The notes under the pieces: generated by a model
The model's input: only the letters and a program-made list of their open reading frames with translations
What the model was told of the DNA's origin: nothing
Databases searched by the model: none
Assembly: GCA_045107005.1 (NCBI GenBank)
Contig: JBGCFP010000032.1
Span: forward strand, 15,525-79,524
Source: Gammaproteobacteria bacterium
GTDB lineage: Bacteria > Pseudomonadota > Gammaproteobacteria > Steroidobacterales > JBCCMA01
DNA: 64,000 nucleotides
Reading direction: 5' to 3'
Made by a program: the position numbers and the translations under genes
Shown here: positions 1 through 9,077 of the stretch, in pieces
How positions within the stretch are numbered: the first letter of the stretch is position 1
How the letters are laid out: each line of letters begins with the position of its first letter

Positions 1-2550
1 CGCGGGTTCAAGGAAGATTTCGTCGGGTCAACGCTGAACGGTCGCGAGCTGGTGGGCATTGGCGACAACCGCGGTGTCGAATACGATCTTTATCCGTCTG
101 AGATTGTCAGCGGTGTCATCGTGCACAAAACAGCGGACGCTACGCTGCCGTTCCAGGGCATCGGCGGTGGCGTCGATTTGCGCACCACCCGGCCGCTGGA
201 AGCCGACCCAACGCTGGCCGTCAACGGGGTGCTCGAGCAAAACGACTTGTCGACCGGTAACCCGGATTTCGACGACAACGGTCATCGACTGTCGCTGAAT
301 TTCTCCGACAAATTCGCGAACGATACCATCGGTCTGGCGCTGGCCATTGCGACCACCGAATCGCCCAGCCAGGAAGAACAGTTTCGCGGTTGGGGCTACG
401 CCACCGTGAATCCGGGCGGCGCGACTGCCGGACCGGGCATCACTCTCGACGGCAGTGAAGCCGTGCTGGGTGGTCACGATTCATTCGTACGCTCCGCGGT
501 GCTCGAGCGCGACACCGTGGCGGGGGTGCTGCAGTTTGAACCCAACGACAGCCTGAGCGTGACGCTCGACGCGCTGTACATCGACTTCCAGGAAGACAAA
601 GTGTTTCGCGGGGTCGAGGAAGGGGGCGCCGAGTGGGGCACCGGCAGCTACACGGTGACCGAGCTGGAAAACGGACTGGTGACTGCTGGCAACATCGACG
701 GCGGTTTCAATTCGGTGATTCGCAATGATGCGGAGCGCGAGAAAGGCGAACTCACCACCGGTGGATTAAACGTTGCGTACGCGCTCAACGACGCGTGGAC
801 GCTGAAATTCGACGGCGCTTACAGCGACGTCAGCAAAGAGATCACGAATGTTGAGAGCTACGCTGGTGTGGGCCGTGCTGGCTCCGCCACGCAAGGTGGC
901 CCCACAATCCGCTCATTCCGGATGACCGGCAACGGCGCCATGTATCTCGATCACCCGACGGCTACGCCGACTGATCTGACGGATTTCAATCAGGTTCGCC
1001 TGGCCGGACCGCAATCCTGGGGTGGCGCGTTGTCGCCCGTGCAGCGCTGGCAGGAGACGGCGGCTGCGCCAGGCATCGGCCCCTCGCAGGCGCAGGACGG
1101 GTTCGTCAACAATCCAACTTTTGACGAGCAGCTCACGACCTTGCGTCTCGACGCAGACTGGGCGATCAACGCAGGCATTGTGAGCGGCGCGCAGTTCGGG
1201 ATTAACTTTTCTCAGCGCGAGAAAACCAAGGTCAACCGCGGCGCGTTTTTGACGGCGCCGAGCTGGCCTTCGGACGGCGCCGTACCGGAGGCGTTCCGGG
1301 TGGGTACCGCGGACCTCGGATTTGTTGGCATCCCCGGTGTCGTCGCGTATGACAGTTTGGGTCTATTCAACTCGGGCTTCTACACGCAGACGGACGCCGG
1401 CCAGCTGGAAACCGGGCGCGCCGGTGACACCTACGTGGTTGAAGAAGACGTGACGACGCTTTTCGGCAAAGTCGAATTCGCCACCGAAGTCGGTGGCCGT
1501 GCACTCTTTGGAAACCTGGGTTTACAGCTCATCGATTCAGATCAAAAGGCATCCGGCTTTAGCTCGCTGACCGGTCCCGACGGCTTCGTTGACGCAACGC
1601 CAGTGTCCGGTGGTGACAGCTACACCGACGTACTGCCCAGCCTGAATCTGAACTATCAGCTGGCCGATGATCATCTGCTGCGCTTCGCGTATTCGACCAC
1701 AATCAGTCGCGCGCGCATCGACGATCTGCGTCCAAACAACCAGGTGACGTTCCTGTTCAACGCGAACAACGTGGCTGAGACCACAGATGTTGGAAACAGC
1801 CCGTGGCAGGGCAGTGCTGGCAATCCACTGCTCAAGCCACTGGAATCGGACAACCTCGATCTGAGCTACGAATGGTATTTCGCCAACGACGGATTCCTTT
1901 CCGTTGCGTACTTCTACAAGGATCTGGTGAACTGGCATCGCGAAGGTCTTGCGGTGGCAGATTTCACGCCTTTCTATATCCCCGGCTATCATCAGGTTGA
2001 TGACGGTGGAACGATCATCACGCCGCAGTTGTTCGAGGGCATCGTCACGTTCCGCGAAGACGGCCTTACCGGCTCAGTGAACGGTTTCGAGCTGCAGGCA
2101 ACGGTGCCGTTCGGCCTGTTTTTCGACGCGCTGGATGGTTTGGGGTTCTCCGGCTCGGTGGCGTTTAACGACGGCGATCTGGACGATGGGTCTCCCGTGC
2201 CCGGACTGTCCGACGAAATCTATCAGGCCACGTTGTTCTACGAACGCGGCGGCTTTGCCGCCCGCCTCTCGGGCACGAAACGTTCGAAGTTTCAGACCGA
2301 AGATCGTGGTCTGAGCCTTGCGCTGGTCCCGGTGGAAGATCAGGGCGCTGAGCTGCTTGACGCCCAGATTAGCTACGATTTCGGGCTAGGTGGCGTGGAA
2401 AGACTCGACGGCCTGTTTATTGCGCTCCAGGCGCAAAACCTGACTGACGAAGATACAACGCTGACCAATCCCGGAGACTCACGCCAGGTGACGCGGTTCC
2501 AGACGTTTGGCAGTAACTTCCTGCTCAACGCAATCTACCGATTTAAATGA
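1..2550 (+). CDS. TonB-dependent receptor, sugar-uptake (MalA-like) type; 5' end outside window
   Basis: Frame open from base 1 (RGFKEDFVGSTLNGRE...VEYDLYPSE plug motif); beta-barrel motifs LPSLNL, GNPLLKP, QNLTDE; C-terminal YRFK. Confidence 0.93.
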   Translation, partial: RGFKEDFVGSTLNGRELVGIGDNRGVEYDLYPSEIVSGVIVHKTADATLPFQGIGGGVDLRTTRPLEADPTLAVNGVLEQNDLSTGNPDFDDNGHRLSLNFSDKFANDTIGLALAIATTESPSQEEQFRGWGYATVNPGGATAGPGITLDGSEAVLGGHDSFVRSAVLERDTVAGVLQFEPNDSLSVTLDALYIDFQEDKVFRGVEEGGAEWGTGSYTVTELENGLVTAGNIDGGFNSVIRNDAEREKGELTTGGLNVAYALNDAWTLKFDGAYSDVSKEITNVESYAGVGRAGSATQGGPTIRSFRMTGNGAMYLDHPTATPTDLTDFNQVRLAGPQSWGGALSPVQRWQETAAAPGIGPSQAQDGFVNNPTFDEQLTTLRLDADWAINAGIVSGAQFGINFSQREKTKVNRGAFLTAPSWPSDGAVPEAFRVGTADLGFVGIPGVVAYDSLGLFNSGFYTQTDAGQLETGRAGDTYVVEEDVTTLFGKVEFATEVGGRALFGNLGLQLIDSDQKASGFSSLTGPDGFVDATPVSGGDSYTDVLPSLNLNYQLADDHLLRFAYSTTISRARIDDLRPNNQVTFLFNANNVAETTDVGNSPWQGSAGNPLLKPLESDNLDLSYEWYFANDGFLSVAYFYKDLVNWHREGLAVADFTPFYIPGYHQVDDGGTIITPQLFEGIVTFREDGLTGSVNGFELQATVPFGLFFDALDGLGFSGSVAFNDGDLDDGSPVPGLSDEIYQATLFYERGGFAARLSGTKRSKFQTEDRGLSLALVPVEDQGAELLDAQISYDFGLGGVERLDGLFIALQAQNLTDEDTTLTNPGDSRQVTRFQTFGSNFLLNAIYRFK

Positions 2551-2569
2551 TTGTCGGCTGCTAGACTTG

Positions 2570-2607
2570 GACCCCGTCCGCCGATCGGCGGACGGGGTCT
2601 TTTTTTT
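2570..2607 (+). terminator. Rho-independent terminator after the receptor gene
   Basis: Perfect 30-bp palindrome gaccccgtccgccgatcggcggacggggtc followed by T8. Confidence 0.9.
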
Positions 2608-2651
2608 GCCTGCGCGGGCTAACAGCAGACGACAGAACGGGGCGCACGACC

Positions 2652-4145
2652 ATGCATGCACCCATTCGGAAAATTGTGATCGTCGGTGGCGGTACCGCCG
2701 GTTGGATGAGTGCCGCATTGTTCAGCAAAGTGCTGGGCAAGCAGGTGACCGTGGAACTGGTCGAGTCAGAGCAAATCGGCATCGTGGGTGTCGGGGAGGC
2801 GACCATTCCGCCCATCCATCATGTCAACCAGGTGCTGGGGATTGACGAGGCGGAGTTTCTGCGCGCAACCAAAGCGACCATCAAGCTCGCCATTCGGTTC
2901 GAGAACTGGCGCGAGCGCGGCGAAAGCTACTATCACACTTTTGGCGCGCCGGGTCGCAGCCAGGCGTTTTGCCATTTCCATCATTTCTGGACGCGGGCCA
3001 GACTCGACGGCCACTCGACCAACTTGTGGGACTATGATTTCAACTACCTCGCGTGCGAGGAGGGCAAGTTCGCTCGCATGGAGGTCAAAGACCCAATTTG
3101 GGAATTGCCCTACGCCTATCACTTCGATTCCTCGCTCTATGGACAGTACCTGAGGGCTTACAGCGAGAAGCGCGGCGTCAAACGCACCGAGGGTTTAGTT
3201 GACGACGTTGACGTCGATGCGCAGTCGGGCCATGTGACCGGCCTGAAGCTGCGCGGTGGCGGACAGGTCACCGGCGATTTTTTTATCGATTGTTCCGGCG
3301 GTCGCGCACTGTTGATTGGCAAGGCGCTTGGCACCGGTTTCGAAGACTGGAGTCACTGGTTGCCGTGCAATCGAGCAATGGCGGTTCCTTCAAAGCGGTT
3401 TGACCAGACGCTGCCCTTTACACGTGCTATCGCGCACGGTGCTGGCTGGCAGTGGCGCATTCCGCTGCAGCATCGCAACGGCAACGGCCTGGTCTACAGC
3501 GATCGATTCTTAAGTGATGATCAGGCCGCAGACATTCTTCTCAATAATCTGGATTCAGAGCCCGACGGCGACCCGCGCGTTATTCCCTTTCGAACCGGTC
3601 GCGTGCGCCGACAGTGGAATCGAAACGTCGTGGCGGTCGGATTGTCCAGCGGGTTTCTCGAGCCGCTGGAATCCACCAGCATTTATCTGATCCAGTCAGC
3701 CATTGTCCGTCTGCTGCATTTGTTTCCGCACGCGGGCGTCACGCCAGAACTGCAGGCGGAATATAACCGTCAGTCGCAGATTGAAATTGAGCACATTCGC
3801 GACTTCATCATTCTTCATTACCACCGCAACGATCGCGAAGACACGCAGTTTTGGCGTGATCTGCGCCACATGAGCATTCCGGACCGACTCCGTGACAAGA
3901 TTCAGATGTTTCGCTCGGACGGACGGCTCACAGCCGATCAATACGACATTTTTCTCGAACCCTCGTGGCTGCAGGTACTGGTGGGTCAGGGCGTGGTGCC
4001 GAACGATTATCACCCGCTCGCTGATGCGCTGACCGATGCGCAGTTGCACGAAAAACTGACCAGTATGGCCGCGGTGAAACGTGAGCCGCTGGCGCAAATG
4101 CCGAGCCATGACCAGTTCCTTGAGCTGTTCACGACTGGCCAGTGA
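2652..4145 (+). CDS. Flavin-dependent halogenase, tryptophan halogenase family
   Basis: GGGTAGW FAD motif, GVGEATIP, ATIKLAI catalytic-Lys region, GWQWRIP (WxWxIP), FLEPLESTSI. Confidence 0.92.
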   Translation: MHAPIRKIVIVGGGTAGWMSAALFSKVLGKQVTVELVESEQIGIVGVGEATIPPIHHVNQVLGIDEAEFLRATKATIKLAIRFENWRERGESYYHTFGAPGRSQAFCHFHHFWTRARLDGHSTNLWDYDFNYLACEEGKFARMEVKDPIWELPYAYHFDSSLYGQYLRAYSEKRGVKRTEGLVDDVDVDAQSGHVTGLKLRGGGQVTGDFFIDCSGGRALLIGKALGTGFEDWSHWLPCNRAMAVPSKRFDQTLPFTRAIAHGAGWQWRIPLQHRNGNGLVYSDRFLSDDQAADILLNNLDSEPDGDPRVIPFRTGRVRRQWNRNVVAVGLSSGFLEPLESTSIYLIQSAIVRLLHLFPHAGVTPELQAEYNRQSQIEIEHIRDFIILHYHRNDREDTQFWRDLRHMSIPDRLRDKIQMFRSDGRLTADQYDIFLEPSWLQVLVGQGVVPNDYHPLADALTDAQLHEKLTSMAAVKREPLAQMPSHDQFLELFTTGQ

Positions 4146-4203
4146 TGGCGTTGCTGCGCTTTCCATCAGTCCGCATTGATTGCGCCCAAGAGCGTTTGGC
4201 CGG

Positions 4204-5679
4204 GTGAGCAATCAGCGCCACATCGTTGTTGTCGGTGGTGGCACGGCGGGCTGGATGGCGGCTAACCTGTTGGTTCGGCGCTGGCCGTCCGACCAGGTTA
4301 AAGTCACGCTCGTTGAGTCACCGAAGATCGGTACGATTGGTGTCGGTGAAGGGAGCACGCCGGCAATGCGGCGGTTTTTCGAACTGATCGATGTCGCGGA
4401 CTCCGACTGGATGCCACAGTGCAAAGCGACCTACAAAGTGGGTATTCGGTTTGATGGCTGGAGCCGCGAGGGTGGCGTTGCGCAATATCGACATCCCTTT
4501 TTCTCGCAGCCCGATACGTTCGCGCATCGCGCGTTTTTGACCAACTGCCGAACACGGCGCCTGGGCCTGTCGGTCAAGACACAGCCGGATGCGTTTTTTC
4601 TCAACGCGCAGTTGGCGAAAGATCGACTTGCACCAATAACGCCACCCAACTTCCCCTTCCACGTCGACTACGGGTACCACTTTGACGCGGGACGCCTCGG
4701 CCGTTTCCTAAGCGAGTTGGGCGTTAGCCGCGGTGTCAATCATGTCCGCGCAAACATTCTCGAGGCTCGGCGGGACGCGCACGGCGACATCGCAGAACTC
4801 GTGACCGATATTGACGAACCGATCACCGGTGATTTTTTCATCGACTGCAGTGGCTTTGCCGCTGTGTTGATGCACAAGACGCTCGGTGTCGGTTTCGAGA
4901 GTTTTGCCGACGGTTTGTTCAATGATGCAGCCGTCGTGCTGCCCGGCCCGGCGCAGGAAGCGCCGGTGACAGAGACCGTATCCACCGCACTGTCGGCGGG
5001 CTGGCGCTGGCGTATTCCCCTTACTCATCGCTACGGCAACGGGTATGTCTACAGCAGTCAGTTTTTGTCCGCGGACCAGGCCGAGACGGAGTTGCGCAGC
5101 GCGCTGGGCGACACCGACGGCCGGCACGAAGCGCGGCACTTGAAAATGCGCATCGGACAGTCCGCCAAGCACTGGCACAAGAACTGTCTGGCGCTTGGTT
5201 TGTCACAGGGTTTCCTGGAACCGCTGGAGGCGACGGCGCTGTTGTTGGTGCAGGTAACCCTGGAACGCTTTATGGCGCACTACGAGAGTACCGACATGCA
5301 GTGCGCGCGGCACGGCGAGTTCAACGCGGACATTCGCCAGCGCTTTGACGGCGTGCGTGATTACATCGTGGCGCATTACAAATTGAATACCCGGACCGAC
5401 AGCGACTACTGGATCGCCGCGCGTGACAACCCAAGTCTATCTGATGCGCTGCGTGAGCTGCTCGAAGCCTGGTATCGCCGAGAAGACATCAGTCCGATTG
5501 TTGAGCGTCACTACGCTACTTCGCATTTCAATACCTTGTCGTGGCACTGCCTGCTGGCGGGGTACGGCGCGTTTCCACCGCTGGCCGACGATCAGCCGGG
5601 TCGCGGCGATCTGTTTGTCGATCAAAACGTGGCAGCCTTTATGCAAGGGTGCGCGCTGAATTTTAGCCCGCCGGCGTAG
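4204..5679 (+). CDS. Second flavin-dependent halogenase, tryptophan halogenase family
   Basis: GGGTAGW, GVGEGSTP, ATYKVGI, GWRWRIP, FLEPLEAT; GTG 4204 preferred to track start 4180. Confidence 0.9.
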   Translation: MSNQRHIVVVGGGTAGWMAANLLVRRWPSDQVKVTLVESPKIGTIGVGEGSTPAMRRFFELIDVADSDWMPQCKATYKVGIRFDGWSREGGVAQYRHPFFSQPDTFAHRAFLTNCRTRRLGLSVKTQPDAFFLNAQLAKDRLAPITPPNFPFHVDYGYHFDAGRLGRFLSELGVSRGVNHVRANILEARRDAHGDIAELVTDIDEPITGDFFIDCSGFAAVLMHKTLGVGFESFADGLFNDAAVVLPGPAQEAPVTETVSTALSAGWRWRIPLTHRYGNGYVYSSQFLSADQAETELRSALGDTDGRHEARHLKMRIGQSAKHWHKNCLALGLSQGFLEPLEATALLLVQVTLERFMAHYESTDMQCARHGEFNADIRQRFDGVRDYIVAHYKLNTRTDSDYWIAARDNPSLSDALRELLEAWYRREDISPIVERHYATSHFNTLSWHCLLAGYGAFPPLADDQPGRGDLFVDQNVAAFMQGCALNFSPPA

Positions 5680-6700
5680 CGCCGCAGGATTCGCGAATCG
5701 CCAGTGACGGTTTGATCAAGCCTGACTCAACCGCATCGCCACTAATCGACCTGATCAGGTTGGCGACCAGCAATTCGCCCGCGGCTTCCGTGTTTTGATG
5801 CACTGTCGTGAGCGAAGGCGTGACGTAAGACGCCGCCGGAATGTCGTCAAAACCGACGACCGCGATGTCGTCGGGCACGCCATAGCCTTTGAGCTGCAGG
5901 GCTTTGATGGCGCCAATGGCCATCAAGTCGCTCGCCGCGACGATGGCGTCAAACGATTGTTCGCGTGAGAGCAGCGATTGCGTGGCGTCGAACCCTGCGG
6001 ATTCGTGATTATCCGCCGCGCAGTAAAGCTGCGGGCACACTTCGAGGTTCGCCGCTTCGAGCGCAGACCGATAACCCAGATGGCGCAGCGCAAATTCCGG
6101 GCAGTGTTCGGTGGCTTCGCCAACAAAGGCGATGCGCTGTCTGCCCAGCCCTATCAGATGTTCGGTAACCAATCGTGCACCGAGCTGGTTGTCACAGCCC
6201 ACCGAGTTCCCGGGTTGGCCCTCCACCGTCGGGCCCCAGATTACGAAGTGCGCACCCGCGTCGTCGAGTGCGTGCAGGCGTTCGCCGTAGCTTACGTAGT
6301 CGCCGTAGCCCAGCAAGATGATGCCGTCGGCACGATTGGCCGCTTCGTAGCGAAGGTGCCAATGTTCGCTCAACTGTTGAAACGACACGAGCAAGTCGTA
6401 ACCGTGTTTGGCCGCCGAGCGTGTAATGCTGCTGAGCATCGACAAAAAGAACGGGTTGATCTGGGATTCGTCAGACGTGGCGTCTTCAAAAATCAACAGC
6501 GCCAGCGTCTGGCTCTGTCGGCTGCGCAGCCCCGCCGCGCTGCGATCGACCCGGTAGTTGAGCTCGCGTGCGATTTCACGAATTCGCTGCCTCGTCTCAG
6601 GGCGCACGAGCGGGCTGTCCCGCAGCGCGCGTGACACCGTGGCTTGCGAAACACCCGCCCGGTCGGCGATATCGCGAGAGGTGGTCTTATCCATGGGCAT
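5663..6700 (-). CDS. LacI-family transcriptional regulator (MalR-like)
   Basis: HTH TSRDIADRAGVSQATVSRAL plus effector domain with VGFDDIP...PSLTTVHQ; 17-bp convergent overlap with the halogenase. Confidence 0.93.
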   Translation of the reverse strand: MPMDKTTSRDIADRAGVSQATVSRALRDSPLVRPETRQRIREIARELNYRVDRSAAGLRSRQSQTLALLIFEDATSDESQINPFFLSMLSSITRSAAKHGYDLLVSFQQLSEHWHLRYEAANRADGIILLGYGDYVSYGERLHALDDAGAHFVIWGPTVEGQPGNSVGCDNQLGARLVTEHLIGLGRQRIAFVGEATEHCPEFALRHLGYRSALEAANLEVCPQLYCAADNHESAGFDATQSLLSREQSFDAIVAASDLMAIGAIKALQLKGYGVPDDIAVVGFDDIPAASYVTPSLTTVHQNTEAAGELLVANLIRSISGDAVESGLIKPSLAIRESCGATPAG

Positions 6701-7039
6701 GGCCGGATTTTAGCGCCGAACCCCGTGTAGCAACCAGCACAATCTGCCGGTTCGTCTGGCAGCCGGTAACAAAAAGGCCGCTAAACACCGAAAAACTGAC
6801 GGTTCAGGGCCTGCCTGAGTGGCCGACGAGGACACGTTGACGCCGGATCGGCGCCAATCGACTCCACATGCGATGGCTCGGCATCCGCCGTGGAGAGCTG
6901 GGTATATCGCGACGAGTGCATCAAAAGAGGGCCGATCGCGCACTAAAACAGCGCGCTAAATTGCACTTTGTCAGCCCACTCACGATGCTGCATCATCGGC
7001 CAGGTGCGTCACACAAAATCCCTAACCGCCGATGCCATC

Positions 7040-7855
7040 GTGCAACCTTTTGTGGTGTTCACCGACCTCGACGGCACGCTGCTTGATCACGATACCTACG
7101 ACTGGCGACCGGCTGAGTCGACGCTGCAACAGTTGAAGCGCCGCGAAATCCCCGTCGTTTTGATCAGCAGCAAAACGCTCGCCGAGTTGGCGGTGTATCG
7201 CCAAGACATCGGGTTTCAGGATCCGGTGGTTGCCGAAAACGGGGCGGCGATCGACGTGCCGCCCGATTACTTCACACTGCCGTGCGACTTTCACAAGACG
7301 GTGGTCAGCCGCGATGCCTTGCAGCGAGAATTTGTTGAACTGCGTCGCGAGTGCGACGTGTCATGCAGCGCATTTTTTGAACTGGGTACAGAAGGGATTG
7401 TGCGAGCCACCGGATTGACTCCTGCTCAGGCCGAGCTGGCAAACCAACGCGATGCGTCCGAGCCGGTGCTCTGGCAGGACACGCCCGAGGCATTGACGAC
7501 GTTTTGCGACCGGGCAGAGCAGGCGGGCCTGCGCTGCCTGCGCGGCGGGCGCTTCGTGCATTTAATGGGCCAGACCGACAAAGTGGATGCGATGACAAGT
7601 TTGCTGGCGGCCTATCGGCAGGAGTGGTCGTCAAACAGCGTGACCAGCGTCGCGCTGGGCGACAGCCCCAATGATCTTGGCATGCTGCAGGCGGCAGACA
7701 TTGCCGTGGTGATTCCGGCGCATCATGATGTGGCGATGGATCTTCCCGGTCATGCCAACGTGCTGCGGCCGTCACAGCGCGGGCCCGAAGGCTGGCGCAC
7801 CGCCATGCAGACCATTCTTTCAACGCTTGATACGGAGACCGAAAACCTTGGGTGA
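7040..7855 (+). CDS. gpgP: Glucosyl/mannosyl-3-phosphoglycerate phosphatase (HAD-IIB)
   Basis: FTDLDGTLLD, SSKT, AENG, GGRFVH, LGDSPND motifs; operon context; GTG 7040 preferred (track 6968). Confidence 0.85.
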   Translation: MQPFVVFTDLDGTLLDHDTYDWRPAESTLQQLKRREIPVVLISSKTLAELAVYRQDIGFQDPVVAENGAAIDVPPDYFTLPCDFHKTVVSRDALQREFVELRRECDVSCSAFFELGTEGIVRATGLTPAQAELANQRDASEPVLWQDTPEALTTFCDRAEQAGLRCLRGGRFVHLMGQTDKVDAMTSLLAAYRQEWSSNSVTSVALGDSPNDLGMLQAADIAVVIPAHHDVAMDLPGHANVLRPSQRGPEGWRTAMQTILSTLDTETENLG

Positions 7856-9077
7856 TTTTCATCAGAACGGCATCATCGCCACGATGCACAATCTCTCGCG
7901 ACGATCGACCACTGATCTGGAACGCGAGCTCATCGATTTTTCACGTCAGCGGCTCATGGGTTTGATTCTTCCCTCGCTGTATTCGGAGCTCGAGACGCCC
8001 GCTCTTGAGAACATCGTCCGTGAATTGAGCCGGGTGCCGTATCTTAATGAGATCATCGTGGGTCTGGATCGCGCTGACGAAGCGCAGTATCGCCACGCGC
8101 TGACGTTTTTTGATCGCCTGCCACAGCATCATCGAGTGCTGTGGCACGACGGCCCACGGTTACGTGCGCTGGACGCTCTTCTGGACAAGCACGGCCTGGC
8201 ACCGGGCGCGCCGGGCGAAGGCCGCAACGTGTGGTACTGCTACGGCTACGCGCTGGCGACCGGTCGTGCTGACGCCATCGCGCTGCACGATTGTGACATC
8301 AAAACCTACAAGCGTGATTTGTTGGCAAGGCTCATTTATCCGGTTGCCAATCCGAGCTTCAACTTCGAATTTAGCAAGGGCTTCTACCCGCGCTTTACCG
8401 ATTCGTCGCTGGGCGGCCGCGTCACGCGATTGCTGGTGACACCGTTGATTCTGGCGATGCGCACCGTGTGCGGCCGCAGCGAGTATCTGGATTTTCTGAA
8501 CAGTTTTCGCTACCCGCTGGCCGGTGAGTTTGCGATACGTCGCAACATGATTACCGATCTTCGCATCCCCACCGACTGGGGGTTGGAAATGGGCATGCTC
8601 AGCGAGATGCACCGCAGCTTGACCAACAACCGAATCTGCCAGGTGGACATTGCGGATCGCTATGACCACAAGCACCAAGTGCTCAGCCCGGAAGATGCCA
8701 CGCGCGGATTGTCGAAAATGAGTGTCGACATTTCCAAAGCAATGTTTCGCAAGCTGGCGATCCAGGGCGAGACGTTCTCGCAAGAGCGAATTCGCACAGT
8801 CAAAGCCACGTACTATCGGATTGCGCTGGATCTGGTGGAAACCTTCGAAGCGGATGCCAGCATGAACGGTATCAACTATGACAGTCATGCCGAAGAGCAG
8901 GCAGTCGAACTGTTTGCCGCCAACGTCGTTTCCGCGGGCACGGACTTTCTGGAGAACCCGATGGACACCCCGTTTTTGTCGCCGTGGAAACGAGTGGTCA
9001 GCGCGGTACCAGAGATCTTCGAGGAACTTCGCGGCGCCGTGGAAGCGGACGTGGATGAATTCAAAGCGTCGGCATGA
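7848..9077 (+). CDS. gpgS: Glucosyl-3-phosphoglycerate synthase-like GT-A glycosyltransferase
   Basis: MGDFHQNG start (TTG 7848 overlapping upstream stop), HDCDI (DxD), GRVTRLLV, YPLAGE, YDHKHQ; context. Confidence 0.82.
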   Translation: MGDFHQNGIIATMHNLSRRSTTDLERELIDFSRQRLMGLILPSLYSELETPALENIVRELSRVPYLNEIIVGLDRADEAQYRHALTFFDRLPQHHRVLWHDGPRLRALDALLDKHGLAPGAPGEGRNVWYCYGYALATGRADAIALHDCDIKTYKRDLLARLIYPVANPSFNFEFSKGFYPRFTDSSLGGRVTRLLVTPLILAMRTVCGRSEYLDFLNSFRYPLAGEFAIRRNMITDLRIPTDWGLEMGMLSEMHRSLTNNRICQVDIADRYDHKHQVLSPEDATRGLSKMSVDISKAMFRKLAIQGETFSQERIRTVKATYYRIALDLVETFEADASMNGINYDSHAEEQAVELFAANVVSAGTDFLENPMDTPFLSPWKRVVSAVPEIFEELRGAVEADVDEFKASA

